Of a stretch of DNA of 64,000 nucleotides, positions 49,156 through 61,678 are shown piece by piece. The stretch spans positions 221,590,001 to 221,654,000 of the forward strand of contig NC_086097.1 of NCBI RefSeq assembly GCF_963921235.1, in the 5' to 3' direction. The DNA comes from Mobula hypostoma. Lineage: Eukaryota. The notes beneath the pieces were generated by a model. The model saw nothing but the letters and a program-made list of their open reading frames with translations, was not told the DNA's origin and did not search any database. The first letter of the stretch is position 1. Each line of letters starts with the position of its first letter. Both the position numbers and the translations under genes were made by a program.

Positions 49156-52069
49156 TCAAAGTTCAGCATTTTCTGCATTATGGTGGAAAGTTGGATGACC
49201 TTTGCAAAGAGGTTCCACTGATGCCGAATAACCTCTGTTCATGCTATAAGCTTTGAGAATCTTTATGATTCTTAGATAGGTCATTGTCTCAATCCTTGGT
49301 CATTTTGTTACAGTTGCACTTTGAACATAGTGATCTCTGGTACTAATATAGATCTAGAATAATTTTCCCTAACTTCAAGCAAGTGTAGCAGACTTAGGAC
49401 GGATAAGTAAATTCTTAGGACGAATAAGTGTTTCCAACAAAATAAAATTCTTTTTCACAGATCCGTTTTGGTTCATTCCAGAATGAGGAAAAGAAGAATT
49501 TTTGACATGCTGAAAAAAAAATCAAATGCTCAATCGATTGTTAATCTTATATTTGTTATTTTAAAATATACAATAGAATAAAGCTACTTATTTTGGCCTT
49601 ACTCAATAGATTGATACACATACAATTATTTAGGTATCTAACATACCCATAACTCTCTCAGCAGCAGGATTATTTTACATTCCCTTAAATGAGTAATGGT
49701 AAGTAAGTGCTTCTTGAAAGTACTGTCATTGACAGTTTCCATAACTTTGCTTGTCTATAAATGGTACAGCTCAGAAAAAATATATACAGGTATTTAGTTA
49801 TATAAAAAGCATTTAAGGAAAAACTTAAGTAAACCTAAGGGTTTTTATTTTAAAAGAATCATATGAGTAAATATTAATAAATGCTTATATAATGCTTTCC
49901 TCTTTTTGTTGTTGCCTTGATAAAAATAATACTAACAACCTTTATGTTATTTCCAAAATATATTGTAATTAAAAGAGTAACTATTAAATTAATTATAATT
50001 TAAAATAATTTCAGTAAGTTTGCTCACATTTTCAATTCTGTTAAAATTTGCTTCAGGCTGAAAAATCAGGCAAATAAAATTATGGTTGTGAGTATCTTCC
50101 TAAACAATTTAGTTCACACAAAATTACAAGTTTGTATCTGTGGAACCATGTAAAGAACCAATAGTTTAGAGATAATGATTTTAACCTGTAATCAATTAGG
50201 TTTCAGTAGGAAGCAGTTTAAGGTCTTTGCACTGTCATTGAACCTAATCTCCTCAGGTGGTTTTAATTTCATTTTCCTCAAGTTGAACTCCTAGTGTTCA
50301 ACAAATGGCTCACATTCAATCAATCTGCCTATATGACTTATTGTTCTCTTCACTGTTGGAGCAACATTATTACTAAATTTACATCCCAATTACTGCATTT
50401 TCAGACGTTCTAAGTATAATACCAACAACGCTGGAGTATCAAAACAGAATTCGTTGCCACGTGGTCCTTTCAGACATCTGCATCTTACAATTTGCAGTAC
50501 CCACCTGCATTAAGAAGAGGATCATGGGAATGTCAATGGGGCATGCATCCTCTAGAGGCCCTTTAACAACTCACATTGCATGTACTTTAGCTGCATTTAC
50601 CAAATTTAATTCATTTATTTTAATACCATCACCAAATAAAAGCTGCTGATTTTCTAGCTTGAAAAAATTAATTGACCATAATATTCTGGGAAAGCGATTA
50701 CCACTTTAATTTGCCAGAGAGAAAAAAATACTGACATAATTTCTATGAGCCTGCGCTATACCCTTAAAGTGGTGCAAGGTTTTATTTGTCAGGCAGAACT
50801 GACAAACCTCCTTACAGATATCAGCAGTCAACAAGCCAGAGCGTAGGGCGTAGGGTGTAGGGGGTGACGGGAAGGCAGTAGCTGAACTCTTTTGTATGAA
50901 AACATTATCTTTTGCAGGTAACTTGCCAACAAAACATGGACCATGAACTACTGATGTTCATTAATCGAAAATTTACCTCTCCTTGAAGGTTTGCCAGAGA
51001 AGCTCCAGTCTCCTTTCAAATGTAGGTTGCATTTATTTTATTTAGAGATACAGTTTTGAAAAATTTAGTTGCTAAGGTGAAACTTTTCATACCTATGATT
51101 CAATTATATGATTGAAATAGTTTTTTTTGGAAAAGAGTAAAATATGCTTGTGCTTTTTAACCCTACCACCCTAAATGAAGCTTACCTATTGACCTGTGTA
51201 AATTTACTATAGTTTGATTATAGTAAAAATTACTTTTCCAGTCTTGGCTATCTTACCTGCAATTCAGCTGCAGTTTTTAAAATTTATCCTGCAGTTTGGG
51301 TCAGGCCATTAGAAAGGCTATACACTACTCTGAGGTGAGGAGGTATCTCAAAAGGTATTTACAAAGGCAGACTTTTTTCACCAGTGAATTATTCTGTTCC
51401 ACTAAGTAGCCCTCCTCTCAATATGGGGAAGGCCCTGCTCCTCCGGCCTGGAGAATGCTTTGGGAAGAAAATTCTACCATTTCTCTGAGAATCAGTGGTT
51501 ACTTGTGACTCTACCCTGAAAGACAAAAAAAAAAGGAAATTAATACCAGAGAGGGAGTGAATAATTCCAGACTGCTTTGCCAACTAGAGGCAGAGTATAA
51601 GAATTAAACCTTAAAGTGAGTGAGATCTTGAAATATTTTCACACATTGGTCCCAAAATCCTCATGGTTTACTCTCTGTAGCAATTTCTCTGTTGCCATGG
51701 ACACTTTGTTATTGCTCAAGAAATCCTGGCACATCTCATGAAGTGCAACTTACTCCTACTCGTCACCTTTTCCACAAGGATGCCGAGGTCCGGATCAATG
51801 GATCACTGGAGCCCTCTCTCTGCCCTGTTTAACAGGTCAAACAGTGATTTAGTGATCATCTGCCTCTTTAAACGCTCGTGCCCTGAAGTCAATGTGGGTG
51901 TGTGGTATAGGAGTACTCAGTTGTGCTCGCCACACAGCTAAAACTAAATGAGGTATTGCATAATGATGCGTGGATTAATCCTTCATTCAGGATTGCAATT
52001 GGAAAGTGTATCATGAAGAACAGATACAGATTCTTGTGAATACTTGTAAATAGACAGGAGCTCTTCTGT

Positions 52070-53016
52070 ATAGGTGAAGGAGGGAAACAGAAATGGGGAA
52101 TGGTGAAGGGTGGGGGGTGGGGAGGTAATTACCAGAAGTTTGAGAAATCAATGTTCATGCCATCAGGTTGGAGGTTACCCAGATGGAACATAAGGTGTTA
52201 TTCCTCCACCCTGATGGCATGAACATTGATTTCTTGAACTTCTGGTGATTTCCCCCCTCCCCTTCACTATTTCCCATTCCCATTTCCCTCTCTCACCATA
52301 TCTTCTTATCTGCCTATCACCTCCCTCTGGTGTTCCTCCAACTTCTCTTTCTTCCATGGTCTTCAGTCCTCTCCTATTAGATTCCCCCTCCTCCAGCCCT
52401 TTATCTCTAACACCAATCGACTTCCTAACTCTTTACATCACCATTCCCCCCTCCCGGTTTCACCTATCACCTGCCACCTTCTACTTCGTCCTCACTTTCT
52501 TCCCACCTTTTTAGTCTGACTCCTTTCCCCTTTCTTTCTAGTCCTGAGGAAGGGTCTCTGACTGAAATATTGATTGGGGAAAATGGATCTCAAGAGAGTG
52601 AAGCAACATACATCAAAGTTGCTGGTGAACGCAGCAGGCCAAGCAGCATCTATAGGAAGAGGCGCAGTCGACGTTTCAGGCCGAGACCCTTCGTCAGGAC
52701 TAACTGAAGGAAGAATGAGTAAGGGATTTGAAAGCTGGAGGGGGAGGGGGAGATGCAAAATGATAGGAGAAGACAGGAGGGGGAGGGATAGAGCCGAGAG
52801 CTGGACAGGTGATAGGCAAAAGGGGATACGAGAGGATCATGGGACAGGAGGTCCGGGAAGAAAGACGGGGGGGGGGTGACCCAGAGGATGGGCAAGAGGT
52901 ATATTCAGAGGGACAGAGGGAGAAAAAGGAGAGTGAGAGAAAGAATGTGTGCATAAAAATGAGTAACAGCTGGGGTACGAGGGGGAGGTGGGGCCTAGCG
53001 GAAGTTAGAGAAGTCA
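52070..53016. mobile_element. Cluster of PLE terminal repeats in alternating orientation
   Basis: Inverted repeat 52131-52166 vs 52210-52245, a plus-strand tail to about 52576, and a minus-strand tail at 52600-53016. Confidence 0.75.
52665..52702 (-). ncRNA. Minimal type I hammerhead ribozyme (PLE-associated)
   Basis: RNA reads UAGUC-CUGACGA-AGG(GUCUCGG)CCU-GAAA-CG-UC-GACUG: full core, stems I and II, ACGU palindromic helix III and a GUC cleavage triplet. Confidence 0.75.
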
Positions 53017-55400
53017 ATGCTCAAGAGAGTGAGTTTGCTGAATGCCTAAGAGATGGCTTTTTAGAGCAGTTTGTTATTGAGCCTACTAGGGGATCAGCTA
53101 TACTGGATTGGGTGTTATGTAATGAACTGGAGGAGATTAGGGAGTTTAAGATTAAAGAACCTTTAGGAACCAGTGATCACAGTATGATTGAGTTCAACTT
53201 AAAATTTGACAGTGAGAAATTAAAGTCTGATATAGCAGTATTTCAGTGGAGTAAAGGAAATTACAGTAGTATGAGAAAGGAGTTGGCCAAAGTAAATTGG
53301 AAGGAGCTGCTGGCAGGGATGTCAGCAGAGCAGCAATGGCGTGTGTTTCTGGGGAAAATGAGGAAGGTGGAGGACATGTGTATTTCAAAAACAAAGAAAT
53401 ACTCAAATGGCAAAATAGTACAACCATGGCTGACAAGGGAAGTCAAAGCTAATGTAAAAACCAAACAGAGGGCATACAACAAAGCAAAAATTAGTGGGAA
53501 GATGGAGGATTGGGAAGTTTTTAAATACTTACGGAGAGCAACTGAAAGAATCATTAGAAGGGAAAAGATGAAATTTGAAAGCAAGCTAGCAAATAATATT
53601 AAAGTGGATTGTAAAAGCTTATTCAAGTATGTAAAAAATAAGAGAGAGATAATAGTGGATATAGGAATGCTAGAATATGAGGCAGGAGAAATAATAACAG
53701 GTGACAAAGAGATAACAGATGAACGAAATGAGTATTTTGCATCAGTCTTCACTGTGGAAGACACTAACAGTGTGCCAGATGTTGTAGTGTGTGAAGGAAG
53801 AGGAGTCGGTGCAGTTACTGTTACAAGAGAGAAGGTGCTCAAAAAGCTGAAAGACCCAACGGTACATAAACCACCCGGACCAGAGGAACTGCAACCTAGG
53901 GTTCTGAAAGAGGTAGCGTTAGAGATTGTGGCAGCATTAGCAATGATCTTTCAAAAATCATTGGACTCTGGTATGGTGCCAGAGGACTGGAAAATTGTAA
54001 ATGTTACTCCACTCTTTAAGAAAGGAGGAAGGCAGCAGAAAGGAAATTATTGACCAGTTAGCCTGACCTCAGTGGTTGGGAAGATGCTGAAGTCAGTTGT
54101 TAAGAATGAGTTGATGGTGTACTTGGTGACACAGGACAAGATAGTATAAAGTCAGCACGGTTTTCTTCAGGGAAAATCCTGCCTGACAAACCTATTTAAA
54201 TTCGTTGAGGAGATTCCAAGTAGGATAGATAAAAGGGATGTGATGGATGTTGTATATTTGGACCTTCAGAAGACCTTTGACAAAGTGCCACACATGAGGT
54301 ACCTTGTTACCAAGTTAAGAGCCCATGGTATTACAGGAAAGTTACTAACATGGTTAGAGCATTGGCTGATTGGTAGGAGGCAGCAAGTGGGAATAAAAAG
54401 ATCCTTTTCTGGTTGGCTGCCAGTGACTAGTGGTGTTCCGCAGGGGTCAATGTTGGGACCACTTATTTTTATGCTGTATATAAATGATTTAGATGATGGA
54501 ATAGATGGCTTTGTTGCCAAGTTTGCAGATGATACAAAGATTGGTTGAGGGACAGGTAGTGTTGAGGAAACAGGTAGGATGCAGAAGGACTTAGACAGAT
54601 TAGGAGAATGGGTAAGAAAGTGTCAAATGAAATATAATGTTGGAAAATGCACTTTGGTGGTAGAAATAAATGTTTCTAAATGGGGAGAAAATCCAAAAAT
54701 CTGAGATGCAAATGGACTTGAGAGTCCTTGTGCAGAACACCCTGAAGGTTAACTTGCAGGTTGAGTCGGTGTTGAGGAAGGCAAATGCAATGTTAGCATT
54801 CATTTCAATAAGTCTTGAAGATGAGAGCAGAGATGTGATGCTGAGGCTTTATAGGGCACTGGTGAGGCCTCACCTTGAATATTGTGAACAGTTTTGGGTT
54901 CCTCATCTTAGAAGAGATGTGCTGGCATTGAGAGGAGGTTCACAAGGATGATTGCAGGAATATAAGGGTTATCATATGAGGAACATTGGCTCTGGGTCTG
55001 TATTCACTGGAATTCAGAAGGATGAGGGGAATCTCATTGAAACCTTTGGAATGTTGAATGGTCTAGACAGAGTAGATATGAAAAGGATGTTTCCCATGGT
55101 GGGAGAGTCTAGGACAAGAGGACGCAGCCTCAGGATAGAGGGGCATCCATTCAAAACAGAGATGTGGAGAAATTTCTTCAGCCAGGAAGTGGTGAATTTG
55201 TGGAATTTGTTGCCACATGCAGCTGGCCCCCACAGGCAGAGACTGATAGGTCATTGATTGGACATGGCATCAAAGGGTATGGGAAGAAGGCCGGGAAATG
55301 GCATTGAGGAGGAGAATTAAAAAGGATCAGCCATGATTGAATGGCTGAGCAGACTCGATGGGCCAAACGACCTAATTCTGCTCCTATGTCTTATGGTCTT
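53017..55400 (+). mobile_element. CR1 LINE (endonuclease C-terminus, RT, 3'UTR), disrupted
   Basis: LDWVL...[22 protein letters not shown] and FADDTK, with stops and frameshifts after 54050. Confidence 0.9.
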
Positions 55401-56219
55401 CTGGTTTACTTTTCCATAGATGCTGCCTGGCCTGCTGAGTTTCTCCAGCATTTTGTGTCTATTGCTCAGTCTTACCCTCTGTGGGGAACGTTTCCCCAGG
55501 TTCCTAATGGACTTTCCCCCTCAGCTCTGCCTCCTAGTTCTTGATTCCCAAACATGGGGGAAAAGATTGCATGCATTCACCCTATCTATGCCCCTCATGA
55601 TTTTATATACCTCTATAAAATTACCTATAAAAGTATCCTAGAATTGAAGGAATAAAGTCTTGATCTACTCTGCCTGTCCACGTAACCCAGTACTGGCAAC
55701 ATCCTTATAAATGTCTTCTGTATACTTTCCAGCTTATTTTTTCAATAGTAGACAGGCCAGGTGGCATTTTAAATAAATGTAACATTTCTTAAAGCTTGTA
55801 TGATATTTAGTTAAGTTATTTTTCAATTTTGTTTTGAAAAGAGGAATATTCTAGACTAAGTAACAAACAAAATGCTGGAGAAATCCAACAAGTCAGGCAG
55901 ATCTGTGGAGGAAATGGATAGTCAACATTTCAGGTAGCCATTTCTTCAGTTGGACAGAGATATTTATAAAACTCTGTCTGTCCTGCCCATGCCTATTTAT
56001 GCACAGATCAAATTTCTGTGCTGATATCCCTGAAATGACGGTCGTGAGGTGATGATTGATCTATTTAATAGAAGCTCTGGTATTGTGCTGGCAGACAACC
56101 ACCCTTAATACAGGTGTAGATTGCCTCAAATACAGAATATTGTATTTACACACATATTGGTGTCATTTAGGGCTGCTTGCGTTGGCTGGATATGAGCTAC
56201 CTACAAGCAACTACATTTA

Positions 56220-59200
56220 TGTAGCTATCTATTGCAAATTTTCTCCCATGCATCATATGTTATACATTTATTAAAACCTGTGCAAAGGCTTTCAAGCTTT
56301 CAACAGACTGTTCAGTGTTTGGATCACAATAAATGAGTTGCCATGGTTTCTTTTAAACATAAATGCCTCCACCATTTTCTTTGCGAAAATCTGCATTAGT
56401 GACCCCGATGCTCTAAGACGATACCAGCGTTATTAAACATGTCGGCCATCGCAGTCACTTTGAAGCTACCATAGTCTAGGGAACAAAATGCCCTTGCTTG
56501 GTTCGTACACGCCGAGGCCCAGTTCAACGAGAAATCTCCAACAACAATACCAAATATTTCTCTGTGATAGCAGTGCTCAGCAACTCTACGGCTGCAAGAG
56601 CGGTGAGTCTGCTAGAACACCCGCCTGAATACGATTGCTGAAAGCTCTCCTTTTACAGACTTTTGAACTATTGGAGTCCGAGCACAGCAAACAGCTGCTC
56701 TCCTTGCCTGGCCTCAGCAATGCTAAGCCATCGGAGCTAATGGACCAAATGCTGTACCTCCTGGGAAATTGCCTCGTTGTCTTAATTTTACAGAACTCTT
56801 CAATGCAGCAAATGCCTGATCAAGTTCACATAGCCCTCGCTCATGCATCCATGAAAGACTATAGGGAGGTTGCTGAAATGGTCGATAGTCATTACTCATC
56901 ATTCCTTACCTCAGTAAGTCTGGTCAGCAAGGCCCCCAACATAAGGATGCCCGCGGCCACGAAACGGATGATGCCGGGCCTGTGCTTTCACCACGCTCAC
57001 TTTGGTACGAATGCTAGGAAGTGCCAACCTCGCAGCTTCGACAGTGCCAGTGCACTGGGACATCAGAGGTCTGTGAACACCATAGGTTACAGCTGCCAGG
57101 GTCATCTGCTGTTCATTACAGACACCCTTTCAGGGCGATGCTTCCTGTGTGACATGTGAGCCCCAGTGAGTGTGCTGCCAGTATCGCCTATTGATGGGAA
57201 AGCAAAGAGTGATGAAACTTCACTGGAGGCCACCAAAGGCAGCAGGATCCAGGCCTACGACACACGGCGGGTGACACTCTGATTCAGTGGGCGATGTTAC
57301 ACATGGGATTTCGTCCTGGCTAAAGTGGCTAGACCTCTGCTCGGTGCAGATTTCCTGTGTGCCCGAGGACTATGAGTTGATCTTAAGAACTGCCAGCTTG
57401 CGGATGTCAAGGACTTTTGGTCATTACCCTGCTACCCCAGAAAGTTCTCCACAACGACGCTTTCAAGCACATGCACCGCTGCATGCGAGTTTTCGCCACT
57501 GCTGGGCGAATTCCCAAACCTCACCGTGCCCACATTCTCAACTACAGTCACAAAACGTGGCCTCGAACATCACGTTTCTACAAATGGCCCTCCGGTCCAT
57601 GTCCCCGTGCAAAAGTTGGCAAAAGTGAAGGCTGCATTTGCCAATGTGGAAAGACTCCACATTGTATGCCAGTCGAATAGCCTCTGGGCTTTGCCCCGCC
57701 ATGTGCTCCCTAAGTCTGATGGTGATCTAGTTTTTTCCAAAGTCGATCCAGTCAGGGGCTAACATTAGGTGCCTTTGTGCTCAGAGGGCATTCCCAAAAT
57801 GGCTGTGATAATTCCATTTGGCCTCTCAGTTTCTGTGTGTAATGTTTGGGCTGAAAAATGCAGCACCGACTTCCCAACGGCTGATAGACTCTGTATTAAA
57901 AGTCTTAGATTTTCTTTTTGTTTACCTGGATAACCTACTTATCGCCAGTGCATCCAAATCTGAACATTTATCTCCTCTCCGCACACTTTTTGAGCGCTGA
58001 AGCCAACATGGGTTGATTATTAACCCTGCTAAATTCCAGTTTGGGTGGTCAACCATTGACTTTCTCAGCCATCGCATCTCTGCAGAAGGTGCAAAACCCA
58101 TCCCACCAAAAGTAGCCACTATTATGAATTTCCCACTGCTCTGGAGAGCTGAAAAACTACAGGAGTTTTCAGGCATGGTAAATTTCTATCACTGCTTTAT
58201 TCCACAAGCTGCTGAATTTGTGCTTCCCCTGTATAGTGTGCTTAAAGGCAAATACCCCAATCATGTGCTTGACTGGTCAGTGGAGGTGACCAAGGCATTT
58301 GATGATACCAAACAAGCTCTTTCCAACACAACCCTATTGGCGTATCCACTCCATAACACACCTGTGGCCATTACTACATGTGCTTCAGACTATGCTGTGG
58401 GTGCTGTTCATGAACAGCTGGTCAGAGGCAAGAGGCAGCTTCTCACCTTCAGCCAGCATTTCCGTTCACCCTGAAAGGAACTACAGCACGTTTGACTGTG
58501 AGCTTCTCGGTCTTTTTCTGCCTGTCTGCCAATTTTGTTTCCTTCTAGAGGGTCGCCACCTCACAGCATTCGTTGACCACAAATCCCTTGCGCACGCAAT
58601 GGCCAAAATATTACACCCTTGGTCTGCATGGCAGCAACGTCAGCTGGAGTACAAATCAGAGTTCATAACTGATATACAACATATCAAGGGGAAAAATAAT
58701 GCCACGGCTGATTGCCTCTGACGGCCAGCCATTGAGGCCATACACATAGGAGTGGACTATGCTGGCTACTGTCCAATGACCTATCACGGCTTCCCTGATG
58801 GATGAGTGTTGGCATGATCATCTCCTGTGGGTCCTGCTGGGGCTCGGAACAGCTCCAATATAAACCTGCAGTCATCCATAGCTGAACTGGTATACGGGCA
58901 GCCGTTACAAGTGCCAGGTGATTTTATTCCTGACTGGCCTCTGAGCAGCATTCCACCCTCTTCAGTAAATTTAATTCCTTGGTACCTATTTGTACCACTC
59001 ATCATGGTGTACAGCACTCTTGGGTCCCTGTTGACCTACATTCCACCTTGTTTGTTTTTGTCCGTCATGATGCACAACAACATCCCCTTAGGCCCCCTTA
59101 CAATGACCCGTTCCACCTTTTGGAACAGAGAGAAAAGACTTTGATCATAGGCAAGAGGGGTAAACCTGAATGTATTTCAGTCAATCGCCTTAAACCAGCC

Positions 59201-59599
59201 CACCAAGATTTGGAGTATTCCGCCACCATGCCCCCTGCCGTCACGACATGACCATGAGCATGTCAACACACTTCTGGGCAAGACAGAGGCCTCTGCTGTT
59301 CCTCTGCCCATGGAATGTAGGACTCAAGCTGGGCAGCTCATCAGAGCCCAGACGGGCTCACAATGCCAGTTTTAGAGAGTTCTGGGAGAGCCTGTGTAGG
59401 GTGATGTCATTGGTGGAAATGTACATAATTCACAGCCACCAACATTGAGTTGGGGTTCACTTTACGAGGCTGTTCTGACATGATTACGTAAAGTACTTTT
59501 ACTGCACTTTGTGTTGAATGTCTGGCTTACAATAAATGAGTTGCTAAGGTTTTTCTTATACATAAAACACCTCTGCCATTTTATTTCTGAAAACCTACA
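56220..59599 (+). mobile_element. Decayed CsRn1-clade-like Gypsy element
   Basis: PBS tagtgaccccgatg (56397-56410, tRNA-Trp-like), gag with CFHHAHFGTNARKC knuckle, PR FLCD, RT YLDN, RNase H, partial integrase, and a 3' LTR at 59395-59599 whose R/U5 resembles about 56320-56395. The 5' boundary is uncertain. Confidence 0.8.
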
Positions 59600-60046
59600 G
59601 CAGGGCCTGGGCCTGAAATCATATCAAAACAGCAAGGCCCAGGTCCAAGAGCATGGGACGACCCAAGGTTTGGCTGATGTAAGGATTGGGCCAGACTAAA
59701 AATGTCAGGGTGTCAGAACCGAAGGAGAGGGACAGGCTCAACTCACTGCTCCGCATGGTTTACTCACCCTCGCGTTGAACTGAGGCTGTGGCCTGCAACT
59801 AATGGGTCCGGGATCGGCTGCAGTGATGACCGGCCTTGTGGCTGTGGACTCACTTTCAAGAACTTCAGTTCTGAACGTTATTTGCTTACTTTTATTGTTT
59901 GTATGATTTGTTTTATTTTCAACACATGGGGCGTTTGTCTTTTTTTAATGGGTTGTATTGGGTTTCCTTGTTTTGTGCCTGCCTGTAAAAATCCCAAGGT
60001 TGTTATTCCTATACATACTTTGATAATAAATGTACTTTTAACTTTG
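59600..60046 (+). mobile_element. Non-autonomous retroposon, same family as 7500-8022
   Basis: Shared body and tactttgataataaatgtact tail. Confidence 0.6.
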
Positions 60047-60274
60047 ATTCGAGTATTAGATGTTCAAAAGTGCTTTGCTTTTAAATGCTCAGGCATGGAA
60101 ATTAGAAGTTTTCCTGCTTTTGGCACTGTGCAGAAACACGATCCTTCTCTGGTCACTTGTGACTGTTTGCCTTGCCTCCCCACTATTTGCTCCCACCTGC
60201 TCAAATGACAGCAAATACATTGCCTTCAGCTTTAGTTCTGAAGTGCTTTTTCTTGCTGGTGCTCCTGCATTTGA

Positions 60275-61000
60275 ATTTGAATTTATTTAGATCTTACATC
60301 CAACCCACAACATGAGGGAGTAAAAAATCTTTGCATTATGACTCATTGCAATGGACAGATACGTGAATTTATAAGTCTAATAGCTTGTAGAAAGAAGCCG
60401 GCCCATAGCCTGTTGGTCCTGGCTTTGATGCTGTGGTACCGTTTGCCAGATGGAAGCAGCTGAAACAGTTTATGGTTGGGGTGACTGGTGTCCCCAATGA
60501 TCTTCCAGGCCTCCTTTACGCACCTGCTGCTGTAAATATCCTCGCTGGAGGGACGTTCACGTCCACAGATGCGCTGGGCTGTCCGCACTACTCTCAGCAG
60601 TGCCCTGTGGTCAAGGTTGGTCCAGTTCTCACACCCGGCAGTGATACAGCCAGTCAGGATGCTTTCAATGGTGCTCCAGTTGAAGGTCTTGAGGATTTGG
60701 CTCATGCCGAACCTCTTCAGTCGCCTGAGGTGGAAGTGACACAGTTGTGTGTGCTTTTTTTTTAACCACATAACCAGTGTGTATAGTCCAGGTGAGATCT
60801 TCAGTGATGTGTACACTGAAGAACTGGAAACTACTCACCCTCTCAACTGCAGACCCATTGATATTGACCGGGGCGAGCCTGTCTCCGTTCCTCCTGTAAT
60901 CCATGATCAGCTCTTTTGTTTTTTGAACATTGAGGGAAAGGTTGTTACTTTGGCACGGCTGTGTCAGGGCGTCAACCCACAGTGAGATACATGCTGGGTT
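60275..61000 (-). mobile_element. Rex1/Babar LINE fragment
   Basis: NNLSLNVQKTKELIMDYRR, HLRRLKRFG and HPNHKLFQLLPSGKRY motifs. Confidence 0.85.
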
Positions 61001-61164
61001 ATGGGTTGCGCGACTGTTCCAAATATTTGGTCTCAGCTTCAGAATCTGAATCAGAATCAGTTTTAATATCAGTGGCACACATTGTAAAATTTGTTGTTTT
61101 GTGGCAGGGGTACATTTTGGGGCCCCCCATTGGTCTGGGTCAAAATGTTGCATCTCAGCGGTCT

Positions 61165-61678
61165 ACGTGATACACAAACCAGGACTGCATGATATGGAGA
61201 GCAAGCTGTTGTCCATGTGGCGGGCTCTCCTTCCCCGCTTTGAATCCAAAGGAAAGGCAGACACCAATACAGTTTGGCACCAGCGGCATCACAGAAGTTA
61301 CCGGTCAGCATTGAACTCAATGTTGGACTGCTTTCGGAACTCCAGCTCCAGATTTTTCCTCGGAGTTTATTCCCAAAGCCTTCTCCACGAGTGGGTATAG
61401 CTGCAAGGCAACAGAATTTGAGATCAGAGTTTTCCTTCTCCTACATGAGCTGTCAACCATGGCTGACGAGCCCCATCTGCCCAAAGCGATTGGCTTTAAG
61501 GCACCAGTAAGCTGCCTTTGCCATTTCTCCTGTCAGTAGAAACGGTTCCGCCAGCCTTAGTAGCTAAGCCATACATGAAGGCCAGGGCTGAACTTAGTTG
61601 TCAGAGGTTATTTGCGACACACTTAATTGGGAGCATTTAATAGGCAGTGGGAGCTTGTCCCCACTACCACCCCTGGCT
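61165..61678 (-). mobile_element. Non-autonomous RTE-related retroposon with structured 5' region
   Basis: Homologous to 18613-18959 (ggagaaggaaaactctgat) and extends further 5'. Confidence 0.6.

Noticed and set aside
49393..49429. Short tandem duplications here and at about 25445-25478 and 28190-28207
   Set aside because: Two-copy local duplications with no further structure.
52809..54053. Novel 414-aa protein
   Set aside because: The N-terminal ~69 aa are antisense PLE tail read-through; the rest is CR1 ORF2 ending at a premature stop.
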